DNA of 64,000 nt from the NCBI GenBank assembly GCA_034111045.1, contig JAWUYA010000007.1:9134-73133 (forward strand). Reading direction: 5' to 3'. Both the position numbers and the translations under genes were made by a program. Each line of letters begins with the position of its first letter. Position 1 is the stretch's first letter. Positions 41,317-51,389 of the stretch are shown piece by piece. The notes under the pieces are model-generated. The model ran no database searches. It was not told the DNA's origin and was given only the letters and a program-made list of their open reading frames with translations. The stretch comes from Colwellia sp. Its GTDB lineage: Bacteria; Pseudomonadota; Gammaproteobacteria; Enterobacterales; Alteromonadaceae.

Positions 41317-41901
41317 ATGACGGCCAATGTAAAACCTAATCGCAAGCAACAAATTTTAGAATGTTTAGCTTTAATGTTACAAACTGGTCAAGGCCAGCGC
41401 ATTACCACAGCAAAATTAGCTGCCGAAGTTGGCGTTTCGGAAGCCGCCTTATATCGGCACTTTCCTTCTAAAGCGAGAATGTTTGAAGGATTAATTGAGT
41501 TTATTGAAGAGTCTATTTTTTCAAGAATTAACTTAATATTATCTGATCATAAAGAAAGTTTAGTGCGTTGCCACCATATCTTGCATGTACTCCTCATTTT
41601 TGCAGAACGAAATCCTGGTATGTGCCGAATCCTTTCTGGTGATGCACTGATGGGCGAAAATGAACGTTTACGTGCCCGTGTTCATTTGCTTTTTGAAAAA
41701 CTAGAATCACAATTCAAACAAGTATTGCGAGAAAGAAAATTACGAGAAGGTAAAGGCTTTAGTATTAATGAACAAGCGTTAGCTAACTTATTAGTTGCTT
41801 ATGCCGAAGGTAAAATATGTCAGTATGTCCGTTCAGATTTCACTAAAAAACCGAGTGATAACTTTAATGAACAATGGCAATTTTTTATGGCGAGTGCATA
41901 A
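41317..41901 (+). CDS. slmA: nucleoid occlusion factor SlmA (TetR family)
   Basis: [15 protein letters not shown]...[36 protein letters not shown] aligns with E. coli SlmA. It is 194 aa. Confidence 0.9.
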   Translation: MTANVKPNRKQQILECLALMLQTGQGQRITTAKLAAEVGVSEAALYRHFPSKARMFEGLIEFIEESIFSRINLILSDHKESLVRCHHILHVLLIFAERNPGMCRILSGDALMGENERLRARVHLLFEKLESQFKQVLRERKLREGKGFSINEQALANLLVAYAEGKICQYVRSDFTKKPSDNFNEQWQFFMASA

Positions 41902-41929
41902 CTTTCATGTATCTACATCAGAACATCCA

Positions 41930-43366
41930 ATGAGTACCCTTTCTCACCTTAAACCCGCGTCTTTATGGCATTTATTTGAAAAAATTTGCAGTATTCCTCA
42001 TCCGTCAAAACATGAGCAAAAAATATCAATTTGGATCCAAGCGTGGGCAAAAGAGCTGGGGTTAGTGATTAAAGAGGATACTGTTGGCAACTTATTCATT
42101 AAAAAGTCAGCAACTGCTGCTATGGAAAACCATAAGGGCGTTATTTTACAAGCGTATATGGATATGGTGCCACAAACAAACAAAACAACCTTATATTGTC
42201 ACGGAAAGTGACGGTGAATGGTTACCGCCCAAGGAACAACCTTAGGCGCAGATAACGGCATTGGTTTGGCCTCAGCACTTGCGGTAATTGCCAGCGATAA
42301 TATTCCTCATGGCCCTCTTGAGGTGCTTGTTACCATCGACGAAGAAGCGGGCATGACCGGTACTTTTGGTTTAGCTGCGGGTTGGTTAGATGGCGACATT
42401 TTAATTAACACTGACTCTGAACAAGAAGGCGAGGTTTACATGGGTTGTGCCGGTGGTATTGACGGCTCTGCACGTTTTGATTTAGTGTTTGAAGCAGTGC
42501 CGAGTAACAACCAATCCTTTAACTTATCAACTTTAGGCCTAAAAGGTGGCCATTCTGGTGTCGATATTCATACCGGTCGTGCTAATGCCAACAAACTACT
42601 CGTTCGATTCTTATTAACCGCTAGTGAGCAACTTGAACTGCGCTTAACTAAACTTAACGGCGGTAGCTTACGTAATGCTATACCTCCTGAAGCCAACGCC
42701 AGCTTTGTCATTGCGCAAGATAAAATCCCCGAATAAAAACAAAAATTTAGCGGTTATTTAGTGACGATACGGCATAACTTAGGCGCTATTGAAACTGATA
42801 TTGAAATGTTATTAATATCACCCGAAGATTTTGACCGATGCTGGACATTGAGCACACAACAACAAATTTTACGTGCTTTAAATGCTTGTCCAAATGGGGT
42901 CATTCAGATGAGTGATGACATTGAAGGTACAGTTAAAAATTCGCTAAACTTAGGAGTGATTCGTTGCAAAGGACCCAATTTTTTTGCGATGACCCTTATT
43001 CGTAGCTTACATGATGATGGTCGTTTACAAACCCAGCAAATGGTACAATCAGTGTTTGAACTTGCTGGCGCACATATTGAGTTTAGCGGTGCATATCCTG
43101 GATGGAAGCCTGATACTAGCTCAGCCATTATGAAAACGGTACGTGATACTTATCAAAGCTTATTTGGCAAAACTCCCGCGGTGATGGTTATTCATGCTGG
43201 CCTTGAATGTGGGTTATTCAAAACCGCCTACCCACACTGGGATATGGTCTCCTTCGGACCAACGATAAAATTCCCGCACTCACCGGATGAGAAAATTAAC
43301 ATAGCCACTGTTGAGCAATACTGGCAATTATTAGTCGCTACTTTACAAGCAATCCCTGTCAAGTAG
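41930..43366 (+). pseudogene. pepD: aminoacyl-histidine dipeptidase PepD, disrupted (frameshifts/deletion near 42180-42225 and in-frame TAA at 42734)
   Basis: Three consecutive track ORFs together cover the full PepD alignment. The matching segments include LWHLFEKICSIPHPS, GTTLGADNGIG, INTDSEQEGEVYMGCAGG, LKGGHSG, YPGWKPD, IHAGLECG and GPTIKFPHSPDE. They are interrupted as described in findings. Confidence 0.8.
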
Positions 43367-43467
43367 CCAGGATAAATGTTTAAGATATTCTCAACCGCAT
43401 GAATTAGAATAGTCCTGTATTAGCCCTTTATTATCCTTGTATTGGTCAAACAAAAGCAGAGATAATT

Positions 43468-43565
43468 ATGATTCAGCCAGAAAAATAATAATCGCTGATG
43501 ATCACCCGTTGTTTAGACAGACATTGTTGAATTATAGAGCACAATCAATACACGTATTGGCATAG
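43468..43565 (+). pseudogene. remnant of a NarL/FixJ-type response regulator N-terminus
   Basis: KIIIADDHPLFRQTLL is the canonical start of a receiver domain. It is out of frame with the only upstream ATG (43468) by one base in an A5 run. The reading frame stops after about 27 codons inside the 3' end of the convergent gene. Confidence 0.4.
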
Positions 43566-43846
43566 GGCAGCGCTTTTAGCCGTTCAACCGCTATTTTTTC
43601 TGCGCAATTAATACAAACACCGTAGTCATCGTTTTGAATACGCAGTAAAGCCGCCTTGATTTGGTGTAATTCTGTTTTAGCTTCATGATGTATTTCATCG
43701 AGTACCTCATCATTTTCACATTCTGTGGTTTGTTCGGCGAAATCAGCAGAACGTCCTTTTTTAAAGTCACCTTCAATAGCCTCTATACGCTTAATTAATT
43801 GCGCTTTCTTCTCTTTTAACTTAATTAAAATTTCATTTATTGGCAT
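43532..43846 (-). CDS. DksA/TraR-family C4 zinc-finger protein
   Basis: A coiled-coil N-terminus is followed by CINCAEKI-N17-CIDC. It is 104 aa. Confidence 0.75.
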   Translation of the reverse strand: MPINEILIKLKEKKAQLIKRIEAIEGDFKKGRSADFAEQTTECENDEVLDEIHHEAKTELHQIKAALLRIQNDDYGVCINCAEKIAVERLKALPYANTCIDCAL

Positions 43847-44077
43847 TATATTCTCCTGTTCGTTGACTTATCACTGGTGTTGAGTTGTTCCATGATGAAA
43901 TTTATTTATTAGCATAAAGTATAGTTTATTTCGCAACTTCAAACACAATATTTGCCCTACTAGACCAAAGTGATAGCGGCTAATTTCAGCATTCCATATC
44001 AATAAAAACACACAAGTTATCGACTTTATATTGAGGTGTACTTCCCTATAGTAATGAGTCAATATTAACGTTTATAT

Positions 44078-44395
44078 ATGTTCAAGGCGGTATCGCCTAT
44101 ATTGGAATGGATTTTTATGGGGGGCCTTAGTGGCGGAGGCAACCGAGTCATTTCATACTCATCTAATCTGCGTTTACGCCAAGCCTGTATCAAATATAAA
44201 AATATTTTAGTCGGTCAAGCATGGACAATTTTTCAAAATATCAGCTCTCTAGCCGAAGCCGCCAACTTTTGAGGTCCTTTAATGGCTTCAGGCTTTATTC
44301 GTCAGGGGAAGGTTCGTTATACCATGGGTGGTTTACAACTGATTATCGAGAAGCCAAAACCTAAAGTGATAACGTTGATCGTGATGTTGGCGTAA
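44078..44395 (+). pseudogene. fragment of an outer-membrane porin-like gene with in-frame TGA
   Basis: The frame reads ...NLRLRQACIKYKNILVGQAWTIFQN...AEAANF*GPLMASGFIRQGKVRYTMGGLQLIIEKP. The pattern (RxA..Y.N...GQ.W..F, then F-G-G-P...RQ..RYT) resembles internal beta-strand regions of DcaP-like porins. It has no N-terminal signal peptide and is far too short. The family assignment is from memory only. Confidence 0.3.
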
Positions 44396-44585
44396 ATTTG
44401 TTCAAAAACATCAAACATTTATTATGCTGTGTTGAAATAGGCCAATTTGAAATGGTCTATTAGAAATGGTCAATGCTAATGATTTAAATCGAGGTTGCGG
44501 TGCCGATTCTATCTATGACCAGTTTTCGGTGAAATACGAAATGTAATTGAAACCTGATGTTAGTGACCTCTATTGAGGCTTGTTG

Positions 44586-44610
44586 GGGAAGCTTATTGCT
44601 TCCCTTTATT
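44586..44610 (+). terminator. intrinsic terminator-like hairpin (plus-strand U-tract), between the decayed locus and the tex 3' end
   Basis: The sequence is GGGAAGC-ttatt-GCTTCCC followed by TTTATT. Confidence 0.5.
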
Positions 44611-44650
44611 ACACTAGGATATGCTGTTTAACGTCTTAAACTCTGCGATT

Positions 44651-47050
44651 TTATTTTTTCAACTTAGCAAATGCATCAGCAAAAGCATTACCCATGATCG
44701 CATTTCCTGACTCTTTTGCTTTATGCACTTTTTTAGGACGCTCTTGTGATGGTTTAGGTTGAGGTGCATTAACATTTTTTGTCGACTTTTTCAGCTTGTT
44801 GTTGTCATTACCGCTACTATTGTGTTTTGTAGGGCTAGCATCGTCTAAGCGCATTGTTAAGCTAATACGTTTTCGAGCGGCGTCAACTTCAACAACTTTC
44901 ACTTTAACAATATCACCCGCTTTGACAATTTCTCTTGGGTCGCTAACAAATTTATTTGTTAATGAAGAAATATGAACTAAGCCGTCTTGATGAACACCAA
45001 TATCAACAAAAGCACCAAAGTTAGCCACATTAGAAATAATCCCTTCTAAAACCATACCTACCGTTAAGTCAGCAACATTATTAACGCCGTCTTTAAATAC
45101 CGCGGTTTTAAATTCAGGGCGGGGATCTCGACTGGGTTTTTCTAATTCGCTGATAATATCTTTAATCGTTAATTCACCAAAACTGCTGTTGATCATTTGC
45201 TCAGCAATTTCAGCGCTATCAATTTTATTGAGCTGTTCACTATTACCAAGTACTGACTGCATATCAATATTGAGTTTGGCAATAATCGCTTCAACAACGG
45301 GGTAAGTTTCAGGGTGAACACCTGACAGATCTAAAGGATTATCACCTGCAGTTATCCGTAAAAAACCAGCTGCTTGTTCAAAGGCTTTAGGCCCTAAACG
45401 TGGAACTTTTTTCAATTCTTTGCGATCATTAAATCGGCCATGCTGATCGCGATAGTTCATTATATTTTGCGCCATGGTTTTATTTAAACCTGAAACTCGG
45501 GTAAGCAAGGCTGCCGATGCACTGTTTAAATCAACACCCACAGAATTTACACAATCTTCAATCACATTATCAAGGGATTGGCTTAATCGACTTTGGCTGA
45601 CATCATGCTGATATTGACCAACACCAATAGCTTTAGGATCAATTTTTACCAATTCAGCTAACGGGTCCTGAAGACGACGAGCAATAGAGACTGCCCCCCT
45701 AATGGAAACGTCTAAATCAGGAAACTCATTCGCCGCAAATTCTGATGCTGAATAAACGGACGCGCCGGCCTCACTAACAATAATTTTAGTTAATTTAGTC
45801 GCGGCTGTATCTGGTGATTGCTCAGCCAGTTTTTCTGAAAGAGCTATTATGACATCGCCGATAAGTTTGTCACTTTCTCTTGACCCTGTACCATTACCTA
45901 TCGCCACTAATTCAACTTTATGCTGCTGACACAAATTAACTAGGGTGCGTACAGATTTATCCCAATGATTTTGGGGGGCATGCGGAAAAATAGTAGCGGT
46001 TTGTATTAACTTACCCGTGCTGTCAACAATCGCAATTTTACAACCAGTACGCATGCCAGGGTCTAAACCTAAGGTCGTTTTAGCCCCTGCCGGTGAGGCC
46101 ATTAGCAAGTCACTTAAATTGCTGGCAAATACTTTAATCGCTTCAACTTCCGCTTGTTCTCTCAAGTTACCCAATAAATCTGTTTCTAACATTTGAGATA
46201 ATTTAGTTTTCCAAGCACTGCGAACGACTTTGGTTAAAAATGGCGCACTCGCCTGCGCATTAAAGCGTAAATGATAATGTTCACTAATGAGCTGTTCAGC
46301 ACTTGAATAGCTATTAGCTTCTTGCCCTGGGTCAACAACAATATGTAACTTTAAAACACCGGCATTTCGACCTCGAAGCATGGCTAACATTCGATGAGAA
46401 GGCACAGTTCTTAATTTTTCTGAGTGAGCAAAATAGTCTTTAAACTTAGTGCCTTCTTGATTTTTTCCTTTAACCACTTTACTACTCAGGTATGCTTGTT
46501 TTAAGAGATGCTTTCGCAGTTTTTGCAATAAGTTAGCGTCTTCTGCAAAGCGTTCAATAAGAATAGCAAGTACACCGTCAAGCACCGATTTTTCATCAAG
46601 AAATCCCGCGTCTTTATTGATGAAGTTTTGGGCTTCATCTGCGGGTACTAATAACCAATGTTGATATAGCTTATTCGCTAAGGGTTCAAGGCCTGCTTCA
46701 ATCGCCACTTGCCCCTTAGTTCTTCGTTTAGGACGGTAAGGCAGGTATAAATCTTCTAAACGTGTTTTGTTGTCGGCTTGTTCTATTGCTTTTTTTAACA
46801 AGGCTGACAATTTACCTTGTTGTTCAATATTTGTTAAAATTAGCTTGCGACGATCTGCTAACTCTCGCAAATAGCTCAAACGCTGGTCAAGGTGGCGTAA
46901 ATGATTATCATCTAAGCCATTAGTTGCCTCTTTTCGATAACGCGCAATAAATGGCACAGTAGACCCGTCATCTAATAAAGTGATCGCTGATGTTATTTGT
47001 GATGTTTGTACATTAAGTTCTTGAGCTATTTGCTCAGCGATTGAAATCAT
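44651..47050 (-). CDS. tex: transcription accessory protein Tex (YhgF)
   Basis: The N-terminus reads IAQEL...TVPFIARYRKE. YqgF/RuvC-like and HhH regions are present. The C-terminal S1 domain reads GMVLEGIISNVANFGAFVDIGVHQDGLVHIS. A Lys-rich tail is present. It is divergent from greB as in E. coli. Confidence 0.95.
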   Translation of the reverse strand: MISIAEQIAQELNVQTSQITSAITLLDDGSTVPFIARYRKEATNGLDDNHLRHLDQRLSYLRELADRRKLILTNIEQQGKLSALLKKAIEQADNKTRLEDLYLPYRPKRRTKGQVAIEAGLEPLANKLYQHWLLVPADEAQNFINKDAGFLDEKSVLDGVLAILIERFAEDANLLQKLRKHLLKQAYLSSKVVKGKNQEGTKFKDYFAHSEKLRTVPSHRMLAMLRGRNAGVLKLHIVVDPGQEANSYSSAEQLISEHYHLRFNAQASAPFLTKVVRSAWKTKLSQMLETDLLGNLREQAEVEAIKVFASNLSDLLMASPAGAKTTLGLDPGMRTGCKIAIVDSTGKLIQTATIFPHAPQNHWDKSVRTLVNLCQQHKVELVAIGNGTGSRESDKLIGDVIIALSEKLAEQSPDTAATKLTKIIVSEAGASVYSASEFAANEFPDLDVSIRGAVSIARRLQDPLAELVKIDPKAIGVGQYQHDVSQSRLSQSLDNVIEDCVNSVGVDLNSASAALLTRVSGLNKTMAQNIMNYRDQHGRFNDRKELKKVPRLGPKAFEQAAGFLRITAGDNPLDLSGVHPETYPVVEAIIAKLNIDMQSVLGNSEQLNKIDSAEIAEQMINSSFGELTIKDIISELEKPSRDPRPEFKTAVFKDGVNNVADLTVGMVLEGIISNVANFGAFVDIGVHQDGLVHISSLTNKFVSDPREIVKAGDIVKVKVVEVDAARKRISLTMRLDDASPTKHNSSGNDNNKLKKSTKNVNAPQPKPSQERPKKVHKAKESGNAIMGNAFADAFAKLKK

Positions 47051-47291
47051 TAAATCGAAAATCCATGGTTAGTCATCTTTAAATTAAGCATATTCTACCA
47101 GTAATTTTAATGAAATGTAGCCTTGGCTAAGCAACACTATCTAAATGATAATACCGCCACTATTAATGATGATGATATTATTAATATTATTGCTGCAATA
47201 GATGTGCGTCTCTAACCCATGCCTCTTTCATCTATAGGCAATTGCACTTACAATGCCGTCAACTGTATTTAACTATTATTACAAATGATTA

Positions 47292-47774
47292 ATGAAAAAA
47301 TCAAACTACATCACCCGAGCAGGTTGGGAGCGCCTAGATCAAGAACTCAAATTTCTCTGGAAAAATGAGCGCCCAAGAATTACCCGTTCAGTTTCCGAAG
47401 CCGCCGCCCAAGGTGACCGTAGTGAAAATGCAGAATATATCTACGGTAAAAAACGATTACGTGAAATAGACCGCAGAGTCCGCTTTTTAATGAATCGACT
47501 TGATGACCTGACTATCGTTTACCCTGAAAAGCAACAAGAAGGCAAAATCTATTTTGGCGCTTGGGTAACACTCATTAATCAAGAAGATGAAACAAAAGTT
47601 TATCGACTCGTTGGCCCGGATGAATGGGACGTTAAACAGGGCGATATCAGTATCGACTCACCTATGGCAAGAGCTTTATTAGGTAAGCAAGTAGACGATG
47701 AAATTGTGGTACTCACTCCTGATGGTGAAAAAGTCTTTGATGTGGTTGCTATTTGTTACAAGAAAAACATTTAA
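47292..47774 (+). CDS. greB: transcription elongation factor GreB
   Basis: GDRSENAEYIYGKKRLREIDRRVRFL and ISIDSPMARALLGK align with E. coli GreB. It is 160 aa. Confidence 0.9.
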   Translation: MKKSNYITRAGWERLDQELKFLWKNERPRITRSVSEAAAQGDRSENAEYIYGKKRLREIDRRVRFLMNRLDDLTIVYPEKQQEGKIYFGAWVTLINQEDETKVYRLVGPDEWDVKQGDISIDSPMARALLGKQVDDEIVVLTPDGEKVFDVVAICYKKNI

Positions 47775-48002
47775 CCGTACATTATATTTCACTGTTAAAT
47801 TATCACGCTTTTAGTTTTCTGCTTTTTTATGATAAAAGAATGTTAATAAAATAGTCTGGGAGATAATACCGTTTATATCAATGTAAGTGATTACATTAGT
47901 GACCGCAGTTATTATTAATCACAATGGCTCTGTTTATATTTTTACTTAACAGTCGCCAACCAACATACACCTTAGTGTAGTTATTCGTAATAAAACCTCT
48001 TA

Positions 48003-48773
48003 ATGGTAATTATTCTTGCTATCATGCATCACATAATAACTTCAATGAAGATGAGATCTACCGTGAATAAAAGTTTTATCACTAACATTATCGCTTTAGT
48101 TTGCACGCTAGCAGGCTACTTTTTGGATCAACACTTAGTCTTTACTATAGGTTTGTTTGCACTTTCTGGTGCCATTACTAACTGGTTGGCTGTGCATATG
48201 TTGTTTGAAAAAGTACCCGGTTTATATGGCTCTGGTGTTATTCCTGCACGCTTTGAGGACTTTAAAATAGGCATCCGTAGCTTAATGATGGAGCAATTTT
48301 TTACGAAAGAAAATATTGATCGTTTTTTATCTGACAGTTCAGGTAAGGCCCGTAATTTAGATTTATCGCCGGTTATTGCTAAAGTAGACCTTGCTCCTGC
48401 ATTTGATAGCCTAGTCGAGGTTATAGAAAATTCTTCTTTTGGTGGTATGTTAGCTATGGTGGGTGGAACCGATGCCTTGATACCTTTAAAAACCCCTTTT
48501 ATTGAAAAAATGAAAGTTACCGTCACCGAAATCACTCAAAGTGCTGAATTTAATGCGATGTTGCGTGATGAACTTGAACAACCTGATGTCATACATGGTA
48601 TGCAAGACAAGGTCAGTAATATTATTGAAAAGCGGTTAAATGAATTAACGCCAGAGTTAGTGAAAGAAATTATTCAAACGATGATTAGAAAACATCTTGG
48701 CTGGTTAGTTGTTTGGGGCGGAGTTTTCGGCGGGGTTATTGGTTTAATTGCCGCGCTCACTACAAACTTCTAA
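48003..48773 (+). CDS. DUF445-like membrane protein
   Basis: TM helices are present at both ends, and NWLAVHMLFEKVPGLYGSGVIP is typical of DUF445/YheB-like proteins. The true start is uncertain, and MKMRST at about 48045 is possible. Confidence 0.5.
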   Translation: MVIILAIMHHIITSMKMRSTVNKSFITNIIALVCTLAGYFLDQHLVFTIGLFALSGAITNWLAVHMLFEKVPGLYGSGVIPARFEDFKIGIRSLMMEQFFTKENIDRFLSDSSGKARNLDLSPVIAKVDLAPAFDSLVEVIENSSFGGMLAMVGGTDALIPLKTPFIEKMKVTVTEITQSAEFNAMLRDELEQPDVIHGMQDKVSNIIEKRLNELTPELVKEIIQTMIRKHLGWLVVWGGVFGGVIGLIAALTTNF

Positions 48774-48834
48774 TAACTATCTATCAGTTTGGCAGCAGCT
48801 TCATTAGATCGTGAAGCTGCTTAATAAGATAGCG

Positions 48835-50172
48835 TTAAAAACTGACCTTTAAGCGATGATGATAATGCCAAGCCAGTGTCACCCCGCGCGCCATTAAAAA
48901 TAGTGATAACGCTGCCCACAAAGCATGGTTGCCATAATCTTGTAGAATAAACCACAATGGAAAGAAACCAGCAAAGGTGGCTATAACCATACTGTTTCGC
49001 ATAGCCTTAGCTTGCATTAAGCCAATATAAATACCATCAAATAAATAGCACCAGCAACCCAGTATAGGTAAAATCATAATCCAAAAAATGTATTGATTGG
49101 TAAAGGCTATTACCTCGTCAATATCCGTTATCCAGGTTACAAAAATCTTGCCTGCAAAGACAAATAACAATGAATAACTCAACGCAAATATTGCTGTCCA
49201 AAATAATGAAATTCTGACAATGGTATTTAATGCAATATAATCTCTTGCCCCTTTAGCTTTGCCAACCAAGGCTTCAACAGCATTGGCTATACCATCTAAA
49301 CCAAATGAGATAAGTAAAACAAAGTTCATTAAAATTGCATTAGCCGCTACCGCATTATCTCCTAATCTAGCTCCTTGAAAAGTAATAAAAACAAAACAGA
49401 GTTCTAGACATAAGGTTCGAATGAGAATGTCTCGATTTAACTTAAAATAGGCAAATAATTCGTTTTGTTCAAACACCGCTTTAATCACTTGTTTCGGTAC
49501 ATTGAATGCCCTGTTGATTGCCTCGTTAAACTTAACCACTATCACAAATATACCCAGTATTACCCCTGAATACTCGGCAATTAATGTCGCTCTTGCTATA
49601 CCTTTAACTTGCCAGTCTAGCACTAGCACAAAAAACAAATCTAATGCCAAGTTAACCAGGTTAGTAAATATCAATAACCACATCACTGTCTTCGCTTGAT
49701 GGTTACCTAATAACCACCCTAAAATAACCAAATTAGCCAGTGCCGCTGGTAAACCCCAAATGCGAATATCACTATACTGACGGGCATAAAACTGAACTTG
49801 CTCTGAGCCGCCAGCCAGAAAAAGAGCCCCATCTAAGTAAAAAATTTGGCAAACTATTAAGGTGAAACCTACTAAAGAGGCCACCAAAATTCCACGAGCT
49901 AAAATAATAATGCCTAGTTGATTATCTTGTGCTCCAAAGGCTTGAGCTGCTAATCCTGACGTAGACATTCGCAAAAAACCACAGAGCCAAGTAATAAAGG
50001 TAATAACCATAGCACCAACCGTAGCGCCACCTAAATAATAGGCATGGTCTAGGTGACCAATAACAGCGGTATCCACTAAACCTAATAACGGCACTGTAAT
50101 ATTCGAAAAAATCATCGGTAGTGCCAGTAAAAATAAATTTTTGTGTTGTACCGAATTTTTGATAGTAAACAA
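48835..50172 (-). CDS. dinF: MATE-family efflux protein DinF
   Basis: LALPMIFSNITVPLLGLVDTAVIGHLD is identical to the E. coli DinF N-terminus. It has 12 TM helices and is 445 aa. Confidence 0.85.
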   Translation of the reverse strand: MFTIKNSVQHKNLFLLALPMIFSNITVPLLGLVDTAVIGHLDHAYYLGGATVGAMVITFITWLCGFLRMSTSGLAAQAFGAQDNQLGIIILARGILVASLVGFTLIVCQIFYLDGALFLAGGSEQVQFYARQYSDIRIWGLPAALANLVILGWLLGNHQAKTVMWLLIFTNLVNLALDLFFVLVLDWQVKGIARATLIAEYSGVILGIFVIVVKFNEAINRAFNVPKQVIKAVFEQNELFAYFKLNRDILIRTLCLELCFVFITFQGARLGDNAVAANAILMNFVLLISFGLDGIANAVEALVGKAKGARDYIALNTIVRISLFWTAIFALSYSLLFVFAGKIFVTWITDIDEVIAFTNQYIFWIMILPILGCWCYLFDGIYIGLMQAKAMRNSMVIATFAGFFPLWFILQDYGNHALWAALSLFLMARGVTLAWHYHHRLKVSF

Positions 50173-50290
50173 TGATTTTCCTCAAATGTGCACTAAATGC
50201 TGATCCAGGGCAAAATATACTATGTTTTGTGCTGAAAAAACGTTATTTTTAAACCAGTAGATTTGATGATATTAGCCTAAGGTTTACCCA

Positions 50291-51337
50291 ATGCGAAACA
50301 CCCTATTCATTCCGCTATTATATGCACTAAGTTTTAATAGTTTTGCCGCCGTTATTCTCCAATATCATCATGTTAGTGATACCACACCAAACAGTACCAG
50401 TATTTCACCTGCTCAATTTAACGTGCATTTACATTATCTTAAAGACAATAACTTTAACGTAGTGCCATTATCTCAATTAATGAATGCCATAAAAAAACAA
50501 CACCCCTTAAAAGATAAAACCGTTGCCATAACTTTTGACGATGGCTATCAAGATAATGTTACCTTTGCTAAGCCTCTGCTTGATAAATTTGGTTATCCTT
50601 ATACTATTTTTATTAATCCAAGCATTATCAATCGTGGCGACAAAAGCTATCTTTCATGGCTGCAAATAAAGGCTTTAGCCGATGCAGGCGTTATTATTGC
50701 TAACCATGGTTATAACCATGACTCTATGGCAAGAGTGCCGGTTGAAATGAGTCAAGGCCAATGGTTAGAGCATTATAGTCAACTAATAATTGAATCAGAA
50801 AAAATTATTGAACAAAAAACAGGGAAAAGTTGGGGTTATTTTGCATACCCCTATGGTGAATACTCGCCATTAGATCAGCAATGGATGAAAGACAATAACT
50901 TTATCGCTTTTACTCAACAATCAGGAGCGGTAGGCTTAGCGACTGATTTATCCATAGTTCCTAGATTCCCTGTTTCACAACCCTATGATGCCATAGTAGG
51001 TCTTCGCGATAAACTTAACTCACTACCATTAGAGCTTCGTTTAGTGGGTGAAAATGCTTTAACAATTTTTGAGCATAAGGTCATGACTTCAATCACCTTT
51101 GATGTCGTTATTGATGATTTCAATAAATCACAACTTAATTGCTATGTCTCTGGTCTAGGTCGTCAAGATCTCCACTGGCAAGAAGATGATAGCTTTACTA
51201 TTAATTTTAATGCTGACATACCCAAAGGTAGAGTGAGGTGTAATTGTACTGCGCCGAGTATCAGTAAACCGGGCCGCTACTATTGGTATTCAAAACCTTG
51301 GTTTATATTAAAAGAGGGGGAGTGGTACCCGCTATAA
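50291..51337 (+). CDS. polysaccharide deacetylase (NodB-homology, CE4) family protein, secreted
   Basis: It has a signal peptide, the TFDDGY motif and NHGYNHD. It resembles the PgaB N-terminal domain, but no pgaA, pgaC or pgaD genes lie nearby. Confidence 0.7.
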   Translation: MRNTLFIPLLYALSFNSFAAVILQYHHVSDTTPNSTSISPAQFNVHLHYLKDNNFNVVPLSQLMNAIKKQHPLKDKTVAITFDDGYQDNVTFAKPLLDKFGYPYTIFINPSIINRGDKSYLSWLQIKALADAGVIIANHGYNHDSMARVPVEMSQGQWLEHYSQLIIESEKIIEQKTGKSWGYFAYPYGEYSPLDQQWMKDNNFIAFTQQSGAVGLATDLSIVPRFPVSQPYDAIVGLRDKLNSLPLELRLVGENALTIFEHKVMTSITFDVVIDDFNKSQLNCYVSGLGRQDLHWQEDDSFTINFNADIPKGRVRCNCTAPSISKPGRYYWYSKPWFILKEGEWYPL

Positions 51338-51389
51338 TGGCGACTGTAGACTCAACAATACTAGCTGTGTCGCAATTAACAAAGTAAAC

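Noticed and set aside
41795-41929. N-terminal extension of the first pepD fragment overlapping the slmA 3' end
   Set aside because: PepD homology begins at MSTLSHLKP (ATG 41930). The upstream 45 codons are a read-through artefact of ORF calling.
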